Source: Octopus vulgaris (taxonomy: Eukaryota). Taken from it: 64,000 nucleotides of DNA. Where the stretch lies: positions 82,770,001 through 82,834,000 of the forward strand of contig OX597821.1 in NCBI GenBank assembly GCA_951406725.2, given 5' to 3'. Made by a program: the position numbers and the translations under genes. Shown piece after piece: positions 50,243 to 63,905 of the stretch. The notes below the pieces were generated by a model, which saw nothing but the letters and a program-made list of their open reading frames with translations, had not been told where the DNA came from and made no database searches. Position 1 is the first letter of the stretch; every line of letters begins with the position of its first letter.

Positions 50243-53200
50243 ATGTAGAGGTACTTGCATATGCTTGCACTTCTTTTGGTCAATTTATTTGCCAGTAATA
50301 GATCCAATGAACAGGAACAGCCCAATGCCAGAAGTAGCAACTGTGATGTATGACTGACAAGTATTTCATGAGTATGTCATGTTTAGGTCAGATATTATCA
50401 TGAATATAACATAAGCACTTTCAAACTGATATTTCCTACTTACCTGAAGACAGTCTTCAAGTGTGGCTCAATATATTATCTCCACTTAATCCCATTATCT
50501 TCTGAACTAGCTAGTTGCATACCTCAGCCAATCTCCATCTGACTTTTATCTCTTTTCTTTTCATCACCACTATCTACTGTGTCTCACTCCCTCAGATCAC
50601 CACACTAGCCACATTTTGCCCTATCCTCAAACCCAAGGACATCAAACCTCTGTAATTCCCTCCAGCAGTTTTCCTGCAGACATCAACATCTGTACATTGA
50701 TGTTGTCATCACTGGATGTTAAAATGATGATGGTAACATCGACTTATAGATGTTCAAACTGAACCAGAGGACCAGCCTAATTTGTGGGTACTACCTTTTT
50801 CCTAAGCCATTAAATTTATGAGATTCGTTCATACAATATCAAAATAAAAAAAAATGTTTCCATGAAACATAAGGTACAATGGTTGTGAGATAAAGGTGAT
50901 GATCTACCTAACCATGTAGTCATAAGTTCAAATCCTATTAAAGCTATTATGTTGTGTTGCAGAGCAAGATATATAAATATACTTAACTGCTCGACTGAAC
51001 AAAGAAAAAGAAACTTTCAATTCTCTCTTTCTGGTTGAGTAGTTGGTAGTTAAGAAGTGCAAGCATCTTGCTGTAAAAAAAAAATGTTCCCCTTCAGAAA
51101 AACCACCATACCTGTGCAAATATGAACCCCACCATCACCAAAACAAAAAGAAAAGAAGAAATAGATGTGAAACAGTAAAGTAAGGGAAGAAGACAAATTC
51201 TTAAGCAAAAACAAAACATTTTGAAAACCTTTATTCATCTCAAGTGTACTTGAGATTTTTTGAATTCTATAGAATTTGAAAATACATTTTGAAAAGTTTT
51301 TTCAACAAATGTCTCAAGTAGTTACAACAATACATTTTTTTTTTTGCTGGCTAGTAATCAAATTGTAAATATTCTAACACACTTGAAAAAAAAAAACATT
51401 AAAAAAACAAATCAAAGCAAAAACAACCTTTGCCTCAGAATTCTTAATATTATGATCATTTATAATCAAGAAGCTTATTTCTTATGAATTGTGGTTGAGT
51501 GTATTAATAGTCATTAAGTTGCATTTATGGTTAAATGGTTATGGATTTCATTTTGTAAATACAGGTTTTCAGATTTGAATCTAGTGTGTGTCACCTTAGG
51601 TTAGTGTCTTCTATAGCCTAGCCTTGGGTTGGCCCAAACCTTGTGAAAGAAACTGTGTTGACAGAACGGCTATGTGGAAGCCTGTTGGCTGGACTGTACC
51701 TGTAATACAACAGGGTCGATCTTACCATATACACTGTCATGCAGAGTATGAGATTAATGATGCAATACTCTGTGGAATATTTATATTTACCCACATACAC
51801 TATGATACAAGGAATTGGTAGATTTATTGATTGAAGAACTGAAATACTCATTGTGAAAACCTAAGGGACAACCATTAATCATCGTTTTTGATGTGAAAAA
51901 AATTTCATTTTTTAAAAATTATTTTTATAAATTTCCCTCCAGCAGACCTCTTTGTGTAATATATGTAAAAAAAAAAATCACTCACACACATGTATGCAAA
52001 CACATATATATGTATAATTTCACAAAAAAAAGTGACCAAGAGTACAGTGATATTGCCATTGGCTGGTGGAAATTCAACATTTCAGACATGTCTTTCTCAC
52101 TGGTGGTCACTTGCAATGGTTCAAGGAGTACTTTAACAGCATCAGTTTCAATAGTCTTTGAGGAGCTGTAAAGGGTGCACATGCCATGGACACTACCTCT
52201 TCTTCCAGACCCAGCAAATAAAACAAAAAAAGAAAGATACTTAACCACTTGCACTTTATTCATCAAATAGGTAGTTTAGTTAACTAAAACCAACAGAAAA
52301 TTTATTTACAATATATATATATTATGTAATTTTATTTTTGTTTTTGTGTGTGTACGTGTATATGTATGTAAAGTGTGTGTGTGTGTATAAGTATACATCT
52401 GTGTGTATAGATGGAGAGGTCTCGTCTTACAGTTATGTTGTAGGAAAAAAAAACAGATTTTAAAGACATTTTCTATTAAGCTTTTTAAGTTAACAGATCT
52501 TCATAAACTTGCTTATAAATCTGTGTCAGTAATTTTCCAAAACTTTTTTTAAATTCATGTATACATATATGTCTATGTATGTACTTGTGTATTTATGAGT
52601 ATGTTTGCATATTTACATTGGCATATGCATATTTTTATTGGTATATTTATGTATGTGTATGTATATTTTTGCATATTTATTAGTGTGATTATGTATACCT
52701 TGTTTTTCAATTATTTGAATTCTTCCTATCAAAGAAACAAGCAAGTTTCTAACTTAGAAACAGTGCTCCTTTACTATAAATTAGGTAAGAATAAGAGTGA
52801 AGAGTTGGATATTAAAAAACCCTTGCATATTTTTACTGTTCTGCTTGCATATTATAACTGCAATATGCATGTTAGCTTGCTATTCTTTGTATGTGAAAAT
52901 CTCAGATTTTCAAGATTGCTACTTAGACATTTTTTAAGAAAACTGAGAGCACCAATGTTTATGGGTACAACAGGGAATTTGTAATCTGGACAGAGAATTT
53001 GTTGATTTTGAATCAATTGTCCATAAATATTCTCTATGTAATTTTGAAAGAAATTTTCACATCTGAAGGCCAGATGACCACAGTAATTGAATATAATGTT
53101 TCATTTCTGTTCCAAACACTCTATCAGACCTGTCATATTTGCATTTAGCAGAAGTTCTGATGGCAATGTTCCACTGGTATTTTTTTTTTCTTTCCTTTTT

Positions 53201-55394
53201 TTTTCTTTAGAAATGTTTATACTCAACAAGAGAAATATTTCTCTATATTTATTTGTTGTGGAAAGATTCTGACCACCCCTCAAGTGACTAAAAGTGGACT
53301 GACACATTGCTATAAAATAAAGAACTGTCAGCAATTCAGGGGTAAGCAGTTCATTGTGAGGCGTTGGCAGAGAGCTTGTAACCTTGTGTAACAGTAATAG
53401 TGCATTGTGTGAATACTGTCTTTCCCCCTGCTTTGTTAAATTATACATCCAACACCAAGATTTAAAATTATCCCATGGCAGTTTACCCTGTGAATTGCAT
53501 TGCAGATAGTATTTTAGTCACATTTTAAGATAACTGTGTTATAGCAATCAGAAAAATGTCAAAGGTCAAAGTTTCATTTTGTCACTGTCTCTTGTTCAAT
53601 GAATATTTTGTAGCAATCTTCTACTCTCGGATTACAAAAACGTAATCTTCAAAATGGAACCTGGTGCAATGATTCTGAGTGTAGGAGAACTACGCATATA
53701 TTTATAAACATGGCATATAATAAACACTACTCAAGCATGGCCGATGCCACTGCTGGTGGCGCATAAAAAACCAGCATTTGAGCATAGTTGATGCCACCTG
53801 ACTGGCCTCTGTGCTAGTGGCACATAAAAAGCACCCACTACACTCTCAGAGAGGAAGGACATCCAGCTGTAGAAACCTTGCCAGATCCGATTGGAACCTG
53901 GTGCAGCCACCTGGCTTGCCAGCCCTCAGTCAAACTGTCCAACCCATGCCGGCATGGAAAGCGGACGTTAAATGATGATGATGATGTATTGCAAGCCACA
54001 TGATAGGCAGCCAGTCTACAAACTAACTGTGAATAAGAAATATCTTGACCTAGACAGTCTTCCTAGTGCTGATGGTCTGATAAAATGCAGTCAGTTGATG
54101 CATGTATGTATAATTATATATTCTCTTTCCAAATTAAATGTATATTGTATCTATTATTGGGGCACTTAGTTATTTTACTAAATGTGTAAGCAGTAATCTT
54201 GAGAAGATTGGGTTTCCAGGCAAAGAAAAATTGCCATCTAATGTATATTTTGCAAATATTATCTGTACGCGGAACCAAAAAAAATATATAAGATTTTTCT
54301 AAAATACACCTTGTAACTATTTGTTGTTATTTGTCTCAACATTTCTTGAACAACTGCATATGGCAGGAAACTCTGAGTACTAAGAGAGTGAATCATTAGT
54401 CACCTATTTACCTCCTAATAAATCATACACTCAATGTGTGTATGATGCTAAACTGCTGAAGGTTGACGAGCCGACAAAAAGTATTCGTTAGGCAATTATC
54501 TTTTCTTTTATACAGCATTTTTATATGCTTCTTGGCTGAATAAATGTATTTTGATACTGACTTCTTTACTAATTGGTTGTAACATTCAAATTTTGTCACA
54601 GACAGGAGAGTACATATTACAGTAACCCAAATGAAAAAGACAGGGTTTGTGTCTATCAGTGAAACTGTCAGTAGTCTGAGAATCTTGATACCAGTGAGTT
54701 TTATAAACAAAGCATGGAACTTGAAACTTTTGGACAACTCAGTCATCTATCAATGAAGAATGGGTATCCTGAGCTGAATTCAAATCCACTTGGAGAAAAT
54801 GGTACTTGTCCTCAAATCTGTGTCCTGTCTACCTCATTGCATACATGTATTGATCAGCCTGATTTTGGATCTAAGTCCTGGTTGTGATTTACATTGCTTG
54901 TGTTATGGTTGCTGCTTAAACATTTTATTCTATGTTTAAGTTCACTCCCTATTTTGTGGATTAGTAAGAGGAATAAGTTGTTCTCAAACCCGAGACCTAG
55001 TCTGAATGCTTTATCACACTGGACTCTACTAATAGCACCTATGTACCGGTTGGTGGTGGTAAAATAGGCTACATATTAAGTGTACCATTCTTGTTAATGT
55101 CCACCACTATGTATCATTTATACCTCATTCCATTCCATTTCAAGGATTCTTTGGATGTTTACAGCTAAATGTCTTGAACAAAATCCATGGGGAAGAGATG
55201 TAACCTAATTTTCTGCACTCATGGCTTCTGGATTTGTATCAAAACATATCTTGTGCAAAGCATTCAATGGCTTGCTTCAGATCTAAGAATGTTTGTTGCA
55301 ACAGTTCATCACATGTATTCAGCCACTTTAAATGATCGGGGGGGGGTGTAAATGTTTTTTTGTGTTACAATTTTTGGATTTTTTTAAAATCTAG

Positions 55395-55444
<50 letters not shown>

Positions 55445-55486
55445 GGCTTTTCCACACGATGTTACAACTGATATTGACAATATTGT

Positions 55487-55540
<54 letters not shown>

Positions 55541-56896
55541 TATGGGAGACTGTTCATGATTCATTTCATTGTTACTCAGAGTTTTATTCACACAAACTCT
55601 ACTTCATTTATTAAACTTTGATTAAAACATCTTACCATGAACTCAGTGCAAAATGTAGAGTCAAATCTACATTTTTTTTTATATCATATATATGTGTGTG
55701 TGTCTTTGTTTGTTGAGTATTAGGTGAAGGAAGGCATATTGATGTAACTCACCAATACTAAATCAGACATCATCCCGCTCTGTTGACAATATTCCATGCC
55801 ATTTATTTTTATGTATCAAAATTGTAAAAAGAATTATAATTTTTTTTTTTTTTTTTTTCAAGATTGGTCACTGAAACAAACTGATTAGTTTGGCTTGCCA
55901 TTTCCTACATTTTCATATATTATCATTTACAAAAAAAAATAATAAATAAAAATTACAAAAAAAAAATTATCATCTCTCTATATTTTATAAATTAATGTAG
56001 CTAAGTAAAAATAAACAAAAACAGGTTCAACAAGTTTTGATCCATTTGTAACAAAAATAAAAATTTACTATAATTACTGTTATTGTTGATGTTGTTTAAT
56101 TCCAAATCTGAATGATTCAGCTTATGATCAAATGCTTTCCACATTTGACTCTCCTGTCTCTTATATCTTCATTTTTATCATTCTTTCTTTCATATTCACT
56201 TTGTACCTTGATGTCATATCTCTTTCTTTCCAGATGGAGAAGCCAAGTGTTCACCTCTTCAGCAAGACACCTGTTACTACTCTTCTATCATTTTTTCATA
56301 CCCCTCAATACTCTTCCCCATTCATGAATCTCTTCTTGATTCATGCACCGAAGGGTTTTGTCTTTCAGGTATTCGGTGCTGGTATCACGAAAAAAAGGTA
56401 CCCACCGCACTCTATGAAGCGGTTGGTGTTAGGAAGGGCACCTGATTGTAGAGACCATGTCAAAGCAGACATTGGAGTATGGTGTAATTTCTCTGGCTCA
56501 TCTGTTCACATTGAACCATCCAACCCATGCCAGCATGGAAAAAGTGACAGTAAATGATGATGATGAGGATCATCATCATTATTATCATTTTATGCTTTGT
56601 TTCAATACTGGTATGGGTTGGATAGGTTACCATGGTCTGAGTCATCTCTTAATTGGTGTTATTAACCATTTAGCATCCTGATTATTGTCAAATGCAATGT
56701 CTATTTATTCCCATTGTTTTGAACTAATCAAGAACTATCCTGTACTTTCAGATTTCAATGATGTGACTGTTTATTTTTAGGATGACAGTGTAGGTAGGTG
56801 TGAGAGGCTGGACCTGGCCAGTTTAAACATAAAATAGTATGATTTTGGGCTGCTTTATTTGACTTAAATTATTTTAGCTTAGCGATTTGCCTCTAT

Positions 56897-57021
56897 ATTA
56901 TTTACATTCGACGGATATTTGTCCCTCATCTTGTTTGGTGTTAACAACAAACAAGATGAGGACAAATATCCGTCGAATGTAAATAATGTGCATAATTCCT
57001 CATCTCTTAAATATAAAACTG
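56897..57021 (+). mobile_element. Short fold-back copy of the same Penelope-like element
   Basis: Near-perfect palindrome centred on gttaac plus the same 3' tail (cataattcctcatctcttaaatata); perfect 13-bp TSD gatttgcctctat at 56884-56896 and 57022-57034. Confidence 0.8.
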
Positions 57022-57049
57022 GATTTGCCTCTATGTTTCTTCATTTATG

Positions 57050-58663
57050 ATAGTGATGTCACTACCTGTGTTTAATTGCATTTTGACATTAGTGGCTTTG
57101 ATTCTCACCTTGATGAGTTTTCTGTTTGTTGTACAAACTTTTTACTTTTTCTCACCTGATCCAATCTTTCATCTTAGTTCTGCAGTGCAATTTAATGTGT
57201 CCTGTCTTCCCACAACGGAAACACTTTGCTTTTTTTCTCAGGTGCCTACCACTGCATGCCATACATCTGTATATCATGTTTTTTATGAAACACTTTATCT
57301 GTCTTCTGACTCTTCCACAAAGAGCAAAAATCAGACACTTGAATGAGTCTGGAGTTAGTTTATCCAGTTTAAATCTCTCGCACCCTCTGTTTACTCTGTC
57401 CCCCCCCCCATGTGTGGTAAAGTCTTTGTCATAGCCTTTCTCAGTGTTCAAACATTTCCAACACGTTGAACAACGATGTTTTTTCACTAAACATCCTACA
57501 TAAAATGTCAATTGTGTCTGTGAAATTTATGTCAGAATCTCTTTTAGGCATTATAAAGTTACACTATTTCTCATGCTCTATCATTGCCAGTTTCCTCAGA
57601 ATTTGATGTGTTTTCATTTCGTCTGTTCAGTCTTGGCATTCTTTTTCAAAAATTTGTTCAAATCTTCAGTAATAGGCTTCGAAAGTGATTCCTTCTTCCG
57701 GGTCAGATTTAAATTCATTTTTAGAATTTGCTACATGGTCTGGCGAAAATGTATTTTCTGGTTTTGTTACCAGCTTCATTAGTTGTAGCATTTGTTGCTG
57801 TAACATTTGTTGTTGTTCTTGTTCTTTGAGTTATTGTTGTTGCTGTTTTTGCAACTCAACTAAACTCTCTAACAAGTTTTCCATAATTTTATGGATTTTT
57901 CGTAAAATATGTACTTGTGCCATTGGCATGTGAAGAAACATTCAAGCGAGGTCATTGCCAGTGCTGCTGGACTGGCTCCTGTGCAGGTGGCACATAAAAA
58001 GAACCATTTGAGCATGGCCATTGCCAGTACCGCCTGACTGGCCCTCATACCGGTGGCACATAAAAGCACCCACTACACTCTTGGAGTGGTTGGTGTTAGG
58101 AAGGGCATCCAGCTGTAGAAACTATGCCAGATCAAGATTGGAGCCTGGTGCAGCCATCTGGTTCGCCGGTCCTCAGTCAAATCGTCCAACCCATGGTAGC
58201 ATGGAAAGTAGATGTTAAACGATGATGATGTTTGTTACTCCTGTATCATTTTTAATTTCTCCACATGCACAATTCTTCAAAGTCTCTTGAAAATTTTTTT
58301 CTTTTTCTTTCAACATTGTCCTCATCAATTGTTTATATCCACATCACCACTGCTATAATTTGGATACTCATCCACTTGTATGTTATTGTCGGCACTGTAA
58401 TATTCTTGTCACCGCTATTATGTTGTGGCGGTATCATTATCTTTGACTCATCTTTCATGCTATCGCTGATAGCTTTGCAAAACAATGACATTGAAATGTT
58501 TCCTTGATGGTAACTCAAACTCCTATATATCACAAAACTGACACTAACTCCAGCTGAGAACTCGTATAACTACTCTACTACTACTGATTCCTACAATGAC
58601 TGACTGTCTGACTTTACAGTGGCTTTGTCACGCAGGAAAGGGAGTTCCATTTTTACTACAACA
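57050..58663 (-). mobile_element. Decayed Ty3/gypsy LTR retrotransposon (putative 5' LTR, PBS-like site, gag remnant), split by an RTE-tail insertion at ~57908-58230
   Basis: EFKSDPEEGITFEAYY, CWKCLN...VNRGCERFKL...FKCLIF, zinc knuckle CFRCGKTGHIKLHC; TGTT...AACA-bounded 58663-58330 followed by ATTGATGAGGA. Confidence 0.75.
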
Positions 58664-59967
58664 ATCTAATGTGTCTGTCCTTTGTTAAAGACTGTTGTGT
58701 ATGATTTGAGAGAGAAATTATCTCCCTTCATGATTCAATCACTGTTTTATGTCTACAAAATGCCAAAACAAAATAGTTACAGTATGACTTTGAGTATGTT
58801 TTCTGGGTGTTAATTCCTCATCCCTTGGCTCAAAGGTTTTCATCTATGATGATATTTGAATTCAGAACTAATCTGTTATGTAGTGCTCACACTACTTACA
58901 TTGATGAACAGTGTCTCATGATAGCAGACACCTACCAATTTAGAGAATATGTGAAGGTTAAATATTGCAACTGTCTTGTCTGCTATTACTACTACTACTG
59001 CTGTCCTGTACCATGAGAAGAGAGCTTAAATCATTAACTCATAAATGTTGTTCTCGTTTATTGAACCAGAGGAGTTCCAGCTGTGACAACTCTGTCATTC
59101 CTCTTTTTCAGGTACAATGTGTGTACCTTGCCTTCATTGGACACTAAACTTTGTTTGTGAAGACCTGTTGAGGAAAGTGAAATCGACATTGAAATCAAAT
59201 TCGATGACTGACATCCATGCTAGTGGAGCGCTAAGAGCACCATCCAAGTGTGATCGTTGCCAAAGCAGCTAACTAGCTTCCATGCCGGTGGCACATAAAA
59301 GCACCCACTACACTCTCAAAGCGGTTGGCATTAGGAAGGGTATCCAACTGTAGAAACTCTACCAGATCAGATTGGAGCCTGGTGCAGCCATCTGGATTGC
59401 CAGTCCTCAGTCAAATCGTCCAACCCATGCTAACATGGAAAGCGGATGTTAATCAATGATGATGATTTAAGATAGGATGTGATATGGAGAAAGAAGACTT
59501 GACTGCTATACGTAGTAAGTTAGCTGATCACACTGAAGATTCACTGATGGCTTGTATATAAGTACACCTGCCATGTATGGTACTGGTACAATGTATTTGC
59601 AGTGGTGTTTACCTTTGGTTAAGCTATTTCAGTTCTGTAGTTGGCAATGAATACTGCTATTGGAGCTAATGATGAGAATTATCTACTGACATTAAGAAGG
59701 AAGAAGAAGAGGAGAGTGGCAGTGGCAACGGTGATGATGATGACAACTAGAATGATTAAGAAAACAAAACTACAAAACAACAGATAAACTGTATTGTTTT
59801 AATATGAAACAAGGCTATAAACAACAAACTAAATATGAAATGAGGTGGGGTGGTCTGATTGTCTCTTTATGTCTCTTAGAATTAAGGCAACTCAAGGAAA
59901 GCAAAGATGGTATGGGTAGGGGTGGGGAAGTACTGTTCATTTATTTGAACAATTCCTTCCAGTTTGC

Positions 59968-60293
59968 TCAGCACACTTGGCTCAATGCTCTTCTCAGAGG
60001 ATGTTCCTGATCGCAGAGAGAGACATTTGATTTAAGCAGGTTTTCAACCTTTGCCTTCAATTCTTTTTCAGCTTGTAATTCCTTCTTGTAACATTCTTCT
60101 TCTAAATTCTTCAAAACCTCCTGATTAGCGTTATTGAACTCAATCTGTCCTCGCAGATCTTGGAAATATTGTGACTTTTTCTGCCGTTCTTTTTGAATTT
60201 CTTCAGCTTCCTCCTCTTTATGCCGTTCAATTTCTCCAAGGAGTTGATCTTTTTCTTTCTCCGCTTCTGCCCTCTCTGTGTTGATGGCAACCA
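59968..60293 (-). CDS. CFAP53: CFAP53/CCDC11-like cilia- and flagella-associated coiled-coil protein, terminal exon
   Basis: Minus-strand tttcag acceptor; (L)VAINTERAEAEKEK...YFQDLRGQIEF...EHPLRRALSQVC*; YxxDLxxQI and C-terminal HPxRR recalled from CFAP53. Confidence 0.8.
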
Positions 60294-60539
60294 CTGAAAC
60301 ATGGTAACGTTGTAAAGAGAGAAGAAAAAGTAATGAAAAATTAACAACAACAACAACAATCACTTCTAACACAGATATACAAGGTTTACTAATTCGGATG
60401 CAGGTACAATCAATGAGATTCCTCTCCAATACTTGATTCATATTTTTTTTATTGACATCTAGAAAGGTTTAAAGGCATTGTGAACCTAGTTGAAATTTGA
60501 TTGATTTGTTTAATGCTTTACCAATGCCGCCAATCAAAT

Positions 60540-61105
60540 TTTAGTGGAAGGGATTTAACCAATGACATCAATTGGTTTTTATTTTATCGACCTCGGAAGA
60601 ATGAAAGGCAATGTTGACCTTGGTGGCATTTGAACTCAGAACATAGAGATGGCTGAAATTCTGCAAAGCATTTAGTCCCATGTGCTAACAATTCTGCCAG
60701 CTCTCCACCTTCAATCAAATAATCATAATAATAATATTAGTAATGATAATGCTTCCAAATTTTGGTACAAGGCCAGCAGCTTTGGGGGAGGAAGTAAGTC
60801 AATTACATCAACCCTAGTGTTCTATTGGTTCTTATTTCATCGACCCTGAAAGCATGAAAGGCAAAGTTAACCTCGAGAGAATTTGAACTCAGAACGTGCA
60901 AATGGACAAAATGCCACTAAGCCTTTTGCCTGAAATACTAACGATTCTGCCAGCTCGTCGCTTTAACAATGATGATAATGATAATTCGAAGCATAAGCAT
61001 ATAAGGCCAGAAATTTGGGAACAATTGATTAAAGTGGACCTAGTAATTAACAAGTACTCATTTTATTGACCTCCTGAAAAGCAAATTTAACCTCAGTGGT
61101 ATTCT
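60540..61105 (-). repeat. Array of ~3 SINE family C units in the last CFAP53 intron
   Basis: Same core motif repeated. Confidence 0.75.
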
Positions 61106-61231
61106 AATGTCAAATCACAATAAGGTCAGTTTTTAACTCAGAATCTAAAGGTAAGTAACTAAAATACTGCAAGGTATTTAGCTTACAACTATACTGACCC
61201 CAATGATGATGTTGAAAATAAGCAGACTTAC

Positions 61232-61448
61232 ATTTATCCATAACCTGTCGGCTCCTTATCCTCAAGACATCATCCATCAGAACTCTCCTCATCTCTCTAT
61301 CTAAGCGCCACTGCTTCAACCGTTTTTGCCACTGCTTCTCAATGTCCTCATGAATCATACGTTCCATCTCTTTTTTGCGGGCTTCTTCTTCTGCTAATAA
61401 ACTCCGCACATATTTTAAGTATGATTGAGTTTCTTTCTGGCATTCCAG
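61232..61448 (-). CDS. CFAP53: CFAP53-like penultimate exon (phase 0/1)
   Basis: tcacag|LECQKETQSYLKYV...EKQWQKRLKQWRLDREMRRVLMDDVLRIRSRQVMDK|gtaagt; phase joins the terminal exon. Confidence 0.8.
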
Positions 61449-63857
61449 CTGTGAGAATAGAGGAAATAGAAATGGGTTATTAGAATATGGTAGAAATAAA
61501 GGCATTCCAGCCATGACCCTTCAATATTTTCATATATTAGAGACTGGTTACATTGGCCATAATAGTGATATAGGTTGGTAAAGGAACAAGAATGAGAGGG
61601 AGTTGGTGTTTGAAGGTTCGGAGTTGGATATGGAGGGATAAAAATGAGCTCCTAATCAAAAGGTCACATAGATTCTTGTTCTTTCTGTAGAAGATGTTCA
61701 GGAAAGATTAAGGTCAGTTTAGGGATCAGAGTGCATAAAGTGGAAATTGCAAAATTTGCAAAAGATAGTGTGTTTCATAGAAAGGCATAACCAGTGGGGG
61801 TAAAGAAATTGAAAAAAGGGGATGAATTTAGTTGAGAGTAGAACGAGGAACAAAACGAGAAAGTAGGAGTGAGTATATCAATAAATTTGTTGTTGTTTAA
61901 CACCAGATCATTCACTGATGAAAAATATTCTAGTCTTGACCGTTCCAACTTTTTGAATATCAGGAACACAACTATGTCTAATATATTCCTCTCTATTTGA
62001 AGGCATTTTGGCTGATATCTTTAGCATGCGGTGTGACCATGTTGAAGCTCTTTTAAAGGCTTATCAGTAGATTTCTAGTATAAAGAAGTGAAAAAGTAGA
62101 TGCTATTAAAAAAGACAGATATCAAGGAAACAGACAGGTGTGTTCGAGACAGCAGAAGTAAATTCAAGTGCAGAGTACACCTGATTTCAATTCAACTAAA
62201 TGAAATGGAGTTGGGTACTCATCAATTTAACAGTCAAATGGCCTGGAATTAATCCAATGAACTGAGCAAAAATGTTGATGTTAATGTGGCCTACAAAAAG
62301 ATTAACATAATTAGATCCCATCCGAGTTTCTAAATCTCTTCTATCAATCTGCTGCTAAAACTCACCAGAGAAGGAAATACAGTTTAAACTGTGAAGTTTA
62401 GCCAGCCAGAGAAGTGAGGTGATGGCTTGAGTATAGGACGATAGTCAAGGAAATATTTTTTGGGTTGGAAAACTCATTGTAAAGGCTAACAGAATATAAA
62501 GGTATAACCCTTTCCTATTCAAATTACTTTGTCAAATGTAATGTGTATTTATTCACATTGTTTTGAATTAATCATAAATTATCTTTTAGCTTCAAGATTT
62601 TGATGATGTTATTGTTTATTTTTAGAATGACATTGTAGAGTAGGTGAAAGAGGCCAGATCTGGCCAGTTTGAACATAAAGCAGACGATATTTTGGCTGAA
62701 AATGGCTGGTTTAAGTATTAAAAGGTTAAAAGTCACGGAAAATGAAGTTTCGAGGGTCTAAGAGGAGAAGAAAAAAAAGGAACCAGAAAAAGGGTTAAAA
62801 TGTTTTTGATATGGAATGGGCTGACATAAGTTTCCAGGAACTGCAGACATCCATAATGCTTTCTTTTGTCAATCTACAGAAGTTTCTGCTGAATATCAAC
62901 CACAAACAGGGTCCCACAGCTGTTATGAGAACTGTCCTGCCTCCCTTTCTTGGAATTAAATTTTGCCTTTATTAAAGACTTTGCTTACAAAAGAAACCAA
63001 AGCCACATAATGACAAAAAACAAAGGAGCCTGCAGACTGTTGTTTGACCTGCTAGAAATAGCAACCAATTTTCCTCAAAACAGATTGTAAAATCTATAAA
63101 AAAAGAAAGAGAAACTGGATGTCATTCCATATATACAAAAATATGGGATTGTCAAGGCTGGAATGCCTTAACCCCTTTGTTGCCGTATTTCTATTGAAAA
63201 ACAGTCACTTTGTTTTAACTGATTTTAAAAATAATGTGGAATTTATCAAAATAATTTTCTCATTATTAAGCTAGTATTTGGAACATAAATTAACATGAAA
63301 TTTTAGCTGAAGGTTTTAATTTAGATCACTCAAAAACAGGAAGTTTGTATCATAGAACGAGAGGTGGTCTCAAGTGGGTGGTATCAAAAGGATCAATCAG
63401 ACTGATTTGAAGATAAACAGGTTTGGCTGCCTGGTAAGAAGTTTGCTTCCCAACCACATGGTTCTGGGTTCAGTCCCACTGCATGGCACCTCGGGCAAGT
63501 GTCTTCTACTATAGCCTGGGGCCAACCAAAGGCTTGTGAATGGATTTGGTAGATGGAAACTGAAAGAAGCCCATCGTGTATGGGCTTACAAACACATTCC
63601 CAACTTTTAAGTCACTTCAAAAAAACCCTCAATTCAATAACACCATTTACAAACTCTATGCTTGGAATGACCAATTTTAAATACTATTGGAACTTACAAG
63701 GTACTGGAATCTTATATGTATACCATTCTGCCTAAATAATGGAACTGCCTGCAGATACAATATCCCTGCATATCTCACATCTATTTTCATTCCTCCACTT
63801 CACTCTCTATTTCGTATCTTATCTAGAATAACTATCACTTAACCATTCTCTCACACT

Positions 63858-63905
63858 GTCTCCGATGAAGAGATATATAAGATATCTTGGAAACAGCTGT
63901 AAGAC
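63858..63905 (+). ncRNA. Variant minimal hammerhead motif of a second family, probably a Penelope-like terminal repeat
   Basis: gtct-CCGATGA-a-gagatat(loop)atatctt-g-GAAA-cagctg-TA-agac; palindromic ACAGCTGT stem III; the core has U4>C. Confidence 0.5.

Noticed and set aside
51982-52266. 94-aa minus-strand ORF following a polypyrimidine tract
   Set aside because: No AG at the end of the tract, no recognisable domain and no partner exons.
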